Part shown: one piece after another, positions 35,801 through 45,500 of the stretch
Layout of the letters: every line of letters starts with the position of its first letter
How positions within the stretch are numbered: the first letter of the stretch is position 1
Assembly (NCBI GenBank): GCA_965205215.1
Contig: OZ242041.1
Coordinates: 1,920,001 to 1,984,000 of the forward strand
DNA: 64,000 nucleotides
Reading direction: 5' to 3'
Source of the DNA: Nitrosopumilus sp.
Lineage (GTDB): Archaea > Thermoproteota > Nitrososphaeria > Nitrososphaerales > Nitrosopumilaceae
Translations under genes and position numbers: made by a program
The notes under the pieces: generated by a model
The model's input: only the letters and a program-made list of their open reading frames with translations
Databases searched by the model: none
What the model was told of the DNA's origin: nothing

Positions 35801-36491
35801 TTGCGGTGTTGTCGTTGATCTCCGCGGTGCGCTTTACAGTGCCGTCGGAGTTCATGAACATGACGTGGACGGTGCCCCTGCTGGTGCCGCCTGCGTCGTC
35901 ACTGCCGGCGCCGGCTATTATCTCTGGGACGCCGTCGCCGTCCAAGTCTGCGGTCGCGACGGACTCCCCAAAGGCATCATTGTCGGCCAGTACCGGCCCG
36001 TTTGCAATGGTACCGTTGATCTCGGCAACGGAGGCGACCAAGACGCCGTTAGCGGCGCTCTCGGCGCGCGGGTTGGAATTCGTTGATACGTAGTGAATCT
36101 CGGGCGTGCCCATCCCGAGTCTGAGGGGATACGGGCTGCCGTCATAGTCCCAAGGCGCCGCCCGGCCGACGCTGCCAAACGATAAAGTCGAACCCAGCTG
36201 CACGGCGCCGTCGGCGGGTGGGACGGCCAGATCGTGTGTTTCGTTTGTGTCGAACTGCATGGTCCAGTATACACCGGCCGAGGGATGCGACGGGGGGATT
36301 TGGACGCGAACATTACCGCCGTATGCACCCTCATCCACACCCCCTCCTCCTGCGAGGATCTCATGTGCGGAGACATCTCGCGCCAGCGCGGGTTCTAGAC
36401 GTAGATCCCTAGCATGGGAAACCTCGACACTTCCTTCCCTTCCCCATCCCGTCTCCCCTGATGCTTCAACGAAGAACAAAGACAACGCCAT
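14857..36491 (-). CDS. Giant adhesin 1 (~7000 aa if joined): 12 FG-GAP repeats, ~55-60 PKD-like 92-aa repeats, one BspA/DUF285 module, poly-Pro, FN3; broken by frameshifts into ORFs 26388-36491, 24084-26258 and 14857-24042
   Basis: The same 276-bp repeat (NRAPVADAG...LDGSASSDPD...YSWT...SPTFTAP) runs across both breaks; the downstream pieces start mid-repeat with no signal peptide. Confidence 0.8.
15503..15580 (-). repeat. Hexamer microsatellite (GGCGGT)n encoding ~26 prolines
   Basis: Directly visible tandem repeat. Confidence 0.9.
15600..20000 (-). repeat. Tandem 276-bp PKD-like repeats (~16 copies)
   Basis: 276-bp periodicity, also visible in the antisense 90-aa shadow ORFs. Confidence 0.9.
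20310..21400 (-). repeat. 75-bp BspA/DUF285 (25-aa) repeats
   Basis: Units of the form FNGDISGWNVSSVTGMSSMFSGATS. Confidence 0.9.
21752..33270 (-). repeat. Tandem 276-bp PKD-like repeats (~40 copies)
   Basis: Near-identical units, interrupted at ~24053-24117 and ~26250-26450. Confidence 0.9.
33630..36010 (-). repeat. 12 FG-GAP (integrin-alpha propeller-like) repeats, ~189-bp period
   Basis: FGxSVAxxGDLDGDGVPDLAAGA...GAVHVMF units with a DxDGDG Ca-binding motif. Confidence 0.9.
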
Positions 36492-36569
36492 GACGCATAC
36501 GACACACAGACAGAGGAGTGGGGGTCTTGTAACTAGATGTGGCTTGCTGTAGATTACGGAAGATATTGA

Positions 36570-36581
36570 CCCCCCCCCCCC
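36570..36581 (-). repeat. G12 homopolymer between adhesin 2 and adhesin 1
   Basis: 12 consecutive C on the plus strand. Confidence 0.85.
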
Positions 36582-36593
36582 TCCCGCCGCCGA

Positions 36594-39500
36594 TCAACGA
36601 CTGTCAGACGGTGTGGTTATATTGACAAAGTAGGAGGGCTTGGACTCGCCGTGGTCGTTGAGCGCTATGACTCGGAACGCGTAGTTGGTGCCGGGCTCGA
36701 GGCCGGTTACGATGTACGAGCTGTCCGGGCTGCCCGTGTCGGCGACCTGCACGCTGAGGGTGGTCTCGGAGGAGGTCATCCTGGACAGTATCTTGTATCC
36801 GGTTATGGCGTCGTCGCCGGGGTCGTCCCAGGTCAGCGTCACCGAGTCCGCGGTGACTGCAGCGGCCGTGAGGTTTGTGGGGACTGCAGGCGGCGGAACC
36901 CTCTCGGTGCGGATGCTGGCAAAGTAGGAAATCTTGGACTCGCCGTGGTCGCTGAGGGCAATTATGCGGAACGCGTACTTGGTGTTCGGCTCAAGCCCGC
37001 TTACTGTGTACGTATTCTTGGCGCTGCCAGTGTCGGCGACCAGCACGCTGAGGTCGGTCTCGGGGGAGGGTATCCTGGACAGTATCTTGTATCCGGTTAT
37101 GGCGTCGTCGCCGGGGTCGTCCCAGGTCAGCGTCACCGAGTCCGCGGTGACTGCAGCGGCCGTGAGGTTTGTGGGGACTGCAGGCGGCGGAACCCTCTCG
37201 GTGCGGATGCTGGCAAAGTAGGAAATCTTGGACTCGCCGTGGTCGCTGAGGGCAATTATGCGGAACGCGTACTTGGTGTTCGGCTCAAGCCCGCTTACTG
37301 TGTACGTATTCTTGGCGCTGCCAGTGTCGGCGACCAGCACGCTGAGGTCGGTCTCGGGGGAGGGTATCCTGGACAGTATCTTGTACCCGGTTATGGCGTC
37401 GTCGCCGGGGTCGTCCCAGGCCAGAGTCACCGAGTCCGCGGTGACCGCCGTGGCCGTGAGGTTTGTGGGGGCGGCGGGCGGCGGAACCCTCTCGGTGCGG
37501 GCATTGACAAAGTATGACGTATCTGACTCCCCGCGGTCGCTGAGGGCGATTATGCGGAACGCGTAGGCGGTGTTCGGCTCAAGCCCGCTTACTGTGTGCG
37601 TGTTCTCGGCGCTGCCGGTGTCGGCGACCAGCACGCCGAGGGTGGTCTCGGGGGAGAGTATCCGGGACAGTATCTTGTATCCGGTTATGGCGTCGTCGCC
37701 GGGGTCGTCCCAGGTCAGCGTCACCGAGTCCGTGGTGACTGCAGCGGCCGTGAGGTTTGCGGGGACGGCGGGAGGCGGGGTCGGCAGCGGTGTCACGTTG
37801 CGGACGGTTATGACCACCGTGTCGGTGCCGGAGGCGCTGCCGTCTGACACCGTAAGCGTCAGGGTGTAGTCCGTGTCCGACGAGACTTCGGGGGCGGTGA
37901 ACGACGGGGCTGCGGTACCGGCGTTCTGGAGCGCTGCGTCAGGCGAGATCGTCCAGCTGTACGTCAGCGTATCGTCGTCAGGGTCCGAGGAGCCGGAGCC
38001 GTCCAGCGTGACAGTCGCCCTCTCGTCGACCGACTGGTCGGAGCCGGCGTCCGCGGTGGGGGCGCGGTTGGCCTCCCGCACCGTTATGGTGACGGTGTCC
38101 GTGTGAGACAGGGAGCCGTCAGAGACTGTGAGCGTAATTACATAGTCGGTGTCCGACGAGACGTCTGGGGCCGTAAAGGTGGGGGACGCGGTGGCGGCGT
38201 CGCTGAACGCCAGGCTTGGCACCGATGTCCAGCTGTACGTCAGCGCGTCGTCGTCAGGGTCCGAGGAGTCGGAGCCGTCGAGCGTGACGAGGTCGCGCTC
38301 GGACGCGGCCCTGTCCGCGCCGGCGTCCGCCACGGGGGCGCGGTTGGCCTCCCGCACCGTTATGGTGACGGTGTCCGTGTGAGACAGGGAGCCGTCGGAG
38401 ACTGTGAGCGTGATTACATAGTCGGTGTCCGACGAGACGTCTGGGGCCGTAAAGGTGGGGGACGCGGTGGCGGCGTCGCTGAACGCCAGGCTTGGCACGG
38501 ACGACCAGCTGTACGTCAGCGTATCGCTGTCGGGATCCGCCGAGCCGGAGCCGTCGAGCGTGACGAGGTCGCGCTCGGACGCGGCCCTGTCCGCGCCGGC
38601 GTCCGCTACGGGGGCGCGGTTGACCTCGCGTACGGTTATGGTAACGGTGTCGGTGTGAGACAGGGAGCCGTCAGAGACGTTGAGCGTAATGGTGTAGTCG
38701 GCGTCAGACGAGACGTCGGGGGCCGTAAAGGTGGGGGACTGGACGGTGGCGTCGCTCAGGGTGATGCCCGCGGGCGCGGTCCAGTAGTACGTCAGCGCGT
38801 CGTCGTCAGGATCCGAGGAGCCGGAGCCGTCGAGCGTGACAGTCGCCCGCTCGTCGACCGACTGGTCGGCGCCGGCGTCCGCCACGGGGGCGCGGTTGAC
38901 CTCCCGTACCGTTATGGTGACGGTGTCCGTGTGAGACAGGGAGCCGTCAGAGACTGTGAGCGTGATTACATAGTCGGTGTCCGACGAGACGTCGGGGGCC
39001 GTGAACGTGGGGGACGCGGTGGCGGCGTCGCTGAACGCCAGGCTTGGCACGGACGACCAGCTGTACGTCAGCGTATCGCTGTCGGGATCCGCCGAGCCGG
39101 AGCCGTCGAGCGTGACTAGGTCGCGCTCGGACGCGGCCCTGTCCGCGCCGGCGTCCGCTACGGGGGCGCGGTTGACCTCCCGTACCGTTATGGTGACGGT
39201 GTCCGTGTGAGACAGGGAGCCGTCAGAGACGTTGAGCGTGATTACATAGTCGGTGTCAGACGAGACGTCGGGGGCCGTGAACGACGGGGCGGCGGTGTCG
39301 GCGCCCTGCAGGGTGATGCCCGCAGGCGCGGTCCAGATGTACGAGAGCGGGGTGCCGTCCGGATCTGACGACGAGGAGCCGTCAAGCGTTACGGCGGCGC
39401 CCTCCGAGACGGTCTGGTCGCTGCCGGCGTCGGCCGTCGGCTGCTGGTTGACGTTGCGGACGGTTACGACCACCGTGTCGGTGCCGGAGGCGTCGCCGTC

Positions 39501-42500
39501 TGACACCGTAAGCGTCAGGGTGTAGTCAGTGTCCGACGAGACCTCGGGGGCGGTGAACGACGGGGCTGCGGTACCGGCGTTCTGGAGCGCTGCGTCAGGC
39601 GAGATCGTCCAGTTGTACGAAATGATATCACCGTCGGGGTCGGAGGACGCCGAGGCGTTGAGGCTCACCACGGATCCCTCGGGCACGCTCTGGTCCGGCC
39701 CCGCCGCGGCTACGGGCGGCCGATTTTCACCCAGGGCAGCCGCACTCAGGGTTAGCTGCCGCGCGTTGTCGGTGCCGAACAGGCCGTTGCCGGACGCCCC
39801 GATGCATATGTGGTACGTGTCCTGCGCGGGGGCGGATTTTATGGTCAGGACGCCGCTGCCGCTTATGGAAAACCTGTCGTTGTCGGCGCACCCGTCCCCG
39901 CCTGCAAGCGAGTAGGACGGGGCGTGGCCGTCAAGGAAGGAGTTCTGTGCGGCGATGCTCGCCGAGTAGGAGGCACCGCGGACGCTCGTGTCGTTGAGCG
40001 TCACATACCAGGGCCCCAGGTTCTGGCTGAAGGAGGAGGCGCCCGTGAACATGCTTCTCATGCTGGTGGCGCCGGAGACGTTCCAGCCGGAGATGTCGCC
40101 GTTGAAGGCACGGGCGCCGAAGAACATGCCCGACATGTCGGTGACGCTTGAGACGTTCCACGAGGAGAGGTCGGCGTCAAAGGCGCTTGCACCGTAGAAC
40201 ATGTTGCTCATGTCGGTTACGCCCGACACGTCCCACGAGGAGAGGTCGGAGTTGAAGGGGAACGCGGCTGCGAACATGCCTTTCATGCTGGTTACGCTTG
40301 ACGTGTCCCAGCCGGAGACGTCGCCGCCAAAGACGAATGCGCCCTCGAACATGCGCGACATGTCCGTCACGCTCGAGGTGTCCCACGTGGAGACGTCGCC
40401 GTTGAAGGCGGCCGCGTTGTTGAACATCCGCGACATGTCCGTCACGCTCGAGGTGTCCCACGAGGAGATGTCGCCGTTGAAGGCGGCCGCGTCATAGAAC
40501 ATGCGCGACATGTCGGTTACGCTTGACGTGTCCCAGCCGGAGATGTCGCCGTTGAAGGAGTCTGCGTCTTCGAACATGTAGCTCATGTCGGTGACGCCCG
40601 AGGTGTCCCACGAGGAGAGGTTGGCGCCGGTGATGTCTGCAGAGTTGAACATGCGCGACATGTCGGAGACGCCGGACAGGTCCGGGGAGTCGGCCGCGTT
40701 GTGCGCCACGTTTCCTGCGTGCTCGAACGCGGACACCATGGACGTCCACCGCGCGTCGCCCCACTGCTCGATGCTCAGCATCTGCTTGGCGTTTGCGCGG
40801 TCGCCACCCAGGCGGATCTCCGTGATGTTGCCGGATATCCGGACAGTATACTCGCCTGCCGACTCGTACGTGTGGGACCGGTGGCCAGGCCCGTCGTAGG
40901 CGTCCGTGTTGCTGTCGCCCCAGCTTATGGTGTACGTGCCGGCGGCGGCGCTCACGGGTATCGTTATTGTCGGGTCGCCCGCGGTGGCTCTCCATTTGGT
41001 GACAAAGTCGCCGGGATCATACGTCTGCGGCAGCGAGGGCCCCCAGTGCAGCGTGACCTGCTGCACGTTGCCGGTGCCGAACAGGCTGCCGCCGGACGCT
41101 GCTATGCATATGCGGTACGCGTCCTGCTCGGCGGGGGCGGATTTTATGGTCAGGACGCCGCCGCTGCTTATGTCAAACTTGCCGTTGTCGGCGCAGCCGT
41201 CGCCGTCTGCAAGCGAGTAGGTCGGGCCGTGGCCCCGCAGTACGGGGTTCTGCGCCCCGGCTTTCGCCGCGAACGACGCGTTGTAGATCACCGTGTCGTT
41301 GAGCGCTATATACCAGGGCCCCAGGTTCTGGCCAAAGGAGGAGGCGCCGAGGAACATGGAATCCATGGATCTTACGTTTGATACGTCCCAGCCGGAGATG
41401 TCGCCGTTGAAGTCGCGGGAGCCCGCGAACATGTAGCCCATGTCCGTCACGCTTGACACGTCCCACGAGGAGATGTCGCCGTTGAAGGCGGCCGCGCTGG
41501 AGAACATGTCGGCCATGGTGGTCACGCCCGACACGTCCCACGAGGAGAGGTTGGCGTCAAATGAGGATGCCCCGGTGAACATGTGGTTCATCTCGGTTAC
41601 GCTTGATACGTCCCAGCCGGAGAGGTCCGCGTCGAACGCGGCGGTTCTGGCAAACATGTTGCCCATGCTAACCACGCTTGATACGTCCCAGCCGGAGAGG
41701 TCGGCGTCGAAGTCGTGGGCGTCGGAGAACATGTAGCTCATGTCCGTCACGCTTGAGACGTTCCAGCCGGAGAGGTCGGCGTCGAAGGCGGAGGCGTGGA
41801 AGAACATGTGGTTCGTGCCCGTCACGCTCGACACGTCCCACGAGGAGAGCCCCGCGCCTGTAAAGGCGGCGGCCCTTGAGAACATAAAGCCCATGTCCGT
41901 CACATTTGAGACGTCCCAGCCGGAGAGGTCGGCGTCGAACGCGGCGGCGCCGTGGAACATGCCGTCCATGTCCGTCACGCTCGAGGTGTCCCACGAGGAG
42001 AGCCCCGCGCCTGTAAAGGCGGCGGCCCCGTTGAACGCGTTGCTCATGTCCGTTACGCTTGATACGTCCCAGCCGGAGAGGTCGGCGTTGAAGGCGCCCG
42101 CGCCGCGGAACATGCCCGACATGCTGGAGACGCCGGACAGGTCCGGGGAGTCTACTGCGCGGTATGCCATGCTGCTTGCTCCCGCGAACGCCGACTCCAT
42201 GGACGTCCACCGCGCGTCGCCCCACTGCTCGATGCTCAGCAGCTGCTTGGCGTTTGCGCGGTCGTCGCCCAGGCGGACTCCCGTAACGTTGCCAGAGACT
42301 AGTACCGTATACTCGCCTGCCGACTCGTACGTGTGGGACCGGTCGCCCGGCCCGCTGTATGTCGTGGTATTGCCGTCGCCCCAGTCTATGGAGTATGGGC
42401 CGGCGGCGCTGATTACGGGCATCGTTATGGCCGGGTCGCCCGCGGTGGCCTGCCACACGGTGGCAAAGTCGCCGGGACCGCCGGCCTGCGGCAGGGAGGA

Positions 42501-45500
42501 TTCCCAGTTCAGCGTGACCTGCCTCGCGTTGCCGGTGCCGAACAGCCCGCCGGACGCGGCCCCGATGTTTATGACATACGCCGCCTTTGCGGGGGTGCCG
42601 GGGTTCATGGTAATGACGTTGCCGTCGGATATGGCAAAGTTTGCGTTGTCCGGGTACGCGTCGGAGTCTGCAAGCGAGTAGGACGGGGCGTGGCCGTCAA
42701 GGAAGGAGTTCTGGGCTTTGATGCCCGCCGAGTAGGAGCCGTCGCGGACGCTCGTGTCGTTGAGCGTCACATACCAGGGCCCCAGGTTCTGCGAAAAGGC
42801 GGCGGCCCCGCTGAACATCCTGGCCATTGCAGTTACGCCCGACACGTCCCATCCCGACACGTCGCCGTCAAAGGAGGTGGCGCCCTGGAACATGTTCTCC
42901 ATGTTGGTTACGCTTGATGCGTCCCACCCGGATATGTCGCCGTTGAAGGCATTATTGCCGTAGAACATGCTGGTCATGACGGTTACGCCGGACGTGTCCC
43001 AGTCCGAGAGGTCCTGGTTGAAGGAGTCGGCCTCGTTGAACATAGCCTTCATGTTTCGCACGTTGGAGACGTCCCAGCCGGAGAGGTCGCCGTCAAAGGA
43101 GGTGGCGCCCTGGAACATGCGCTCCATGTTGGTGACGCCCGACACGTCCCACGAGGAGAGGTTGGCGTTGAAGGAGGTGGCGGCAAAGAACATGCGGCTC
43201 ATGTCGGCGACGCCCGACACGTCCCACGAGGAGAGGTCGCCGTTGAAGGCGTACGCGTTGTCGAACATGCTCGACATGGCGGTTACGCTCGAGGTGTTCC
43301 AGCCGGAGACGTCGCCGTCAAAGGAGGTGGCGACAGCGAACATGCGCCCCATGTTGGTGACGCTTGACGTGTCCCAGCCGGAGACGTCGCCGTTGAAGGC
43401 GAACGCGTTATGGAACATGCGCCCCATGTTGGTGACGCTCGAGGTGTCCCAGCCGGAGAGGTCGCCGTTGAAGGCGTATGCGCCGGAGAACATGCGGCTC
43501 ATGTCGGTTACGCTCGACACGTTCCACGGGGAGAGGTTGGCGTTGAAGGAGGTGGCGGCGGCTAACGCGCCCTCCATGTTGGTGACGCTCGACACGTCCC
43601 ACCCGGAGATGTCGCCGTCAAAGGAGGTGGCGCCCTGGAACATGTTCAGCATGTTGGTGACGCTCGACACGTCCCACCCGGAGATGTCGCCGTCAAAGGA
43701 GGTGGCGCCGTAAAACATGTACGACATGTCGGCGACGCTCGAGGTGTCCCAGCCGGAGATGTCGCCGCTGAAGGAGCGGGTGTCCGCGAACATGCCCTTC
43801 ATGTCGGTTACGCTTGACGTGTCCCAGCCGGAGATGTCGCCGCTGAAGGAGGTGGCGCTCTGGAACATGTCTGTCATGTCAGTTGCGCTCGAGGTGTCCC
43901 ACGAGGAGAGGTTGGCGCCGGAGATGCCCGCATGGAGGAACATGCTCGACATGTCGGTTACGCCGGACAGGTCCGGGGAGTCGGCCGCGTTGTGCGCCAC
44001 GTCGCCCGTATGCGCGAACGCAGACTTCATGGACGACCACCGCGCGTCGCCCCACTGCTCGATGCTCAGCAGCTGCTTGGCGTTTGCGGGGTCGCCGCCC
44101 AGGCGGATCCCCGTGATGTTGCTAGAGGCCAGTACTACGTACCTGCCTGCCGACTCGTACGTGTGGGACCGGTCGCCCGGCCCGTCGTATGTGTCGGTGC
44201 TGCCGTCGCCCCAGTTTATGGTGTACGTGCCGGCGGCGCCGATTACCGGCATCGTTATGGTGCGGTCGCCTGCGGTGGCCTGCCACACGGTGACAAAGTC
44301 GCCGGGATCGGCAGTCTGCGGCAGCGAGGGCTCCCAGTGCAGCGTGACCTGCTGCACGTTGCCGGTGCCGAACAGGCTGCCGCCGGACGCTGCTATGCAT
44401 ATGCGGTACGTGTCCTGCGTGGGGGCGGAGTTTATGGTCAGGATGCCGCCGCCGCTCATGGAAAACTTGCCGTTGTCGGCGCAGCCGTCGCCGTCCGCAA
44501 GCGAGTAGGTCGGGCCGTGGCCCCGCAGTACGGGGTTCTGCGCCCCGGCTTTCGCCGCGAATGACGCGTTGTGGATCACCGTGTCGTTGAGCGCTATATA
44601 CCAGGGCCCCAGGTTCTGGCCGAAGGAGGAGGCGCCGAGGAACATGGAATCCATGGATCCTACGTTTGATACGTCCCAGCCGGAGATGTCGCCGTTGAAG
44701 TCGCGGGAGCCCGCGAACATATAGTCCATGTCCGTCACGCTTGATACGTTCCACGAGGAGAGCCCCGCGCCTGTAAAGGCGGCCGCGCTGGAGAACATGT
44801 CGGCCATGGTGGTCACGCCCGACACGTCCCAGCCGGAGAGGTCGGCGTCAAATGAGGATGCGCCGGCGAACATGTGGTTCATCTCGGTTACGCTTGAGAC
44901 GTCCCAGCCGGAGAGGTCGGCGTCGAAGGCGGCGGCTCTGGCAAACATGTTGCCCATGTGGGCCACGCCTGACACGTCCCAGCCGGAGAGGTCGGCGTCG
45001 AAGGCGGGGGCGTCGGAGAACATGTAGCTCATGTCCGTCACGCCTGACACGTCCCAGCCGGAGAGGTCCGCGTCGAATGCGGTGGCGTGGAAGAACATGT
45101 GGTTCGTGCCCGTCACACTCGACACGTCCCACGAGGAGAGTCCGTTGCCTGCAAAGGCGGCGGCCCTTGAGAACATAAAGCCCGTGTCCGTCACATTTGA
45201 GACGTCCCAGCCGGAGAGGTCGGCGTCGAACGCGGCGGCGCCGTGGAACATGCCGTCCATGTCCGTCACGCTTGAGACGTCCCACGAGGAGAGCCCCGCG
45301 CCGGCAAAGGCGGCGGCCCCGTTGAACGCGTTGCTCATGTCCGTCACGCCTGACACGTCCCAGTCCGAGAGGTCGGCGTTGAAGGCGCCCGCGCCGCGGA
45401 ACATGCCCGACATGTTGGAGACGCCGGACAGGTCCGGGGAGTCTACCGCGTGGTGAGCCATGCTGCCGGCCCCCGCAAACGCCGACTCCATGGACGTCCA

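Noticed and set aside
33886-36093. Long plus-strand ORFs (735 and 542 aa) and similar Arg/His-rich alternative frames
   Set aside because: Expected stop-poor shadow frames of GC-rich repetitive coding DNA.
15947-39525. Dozens of ~90-aa plus-strand ORFs (MSDVTSGAVNVGDW...) with 276-bp spacing
   Set aside because: Antisense shadows of the PKD-like repeats, not a gene array.
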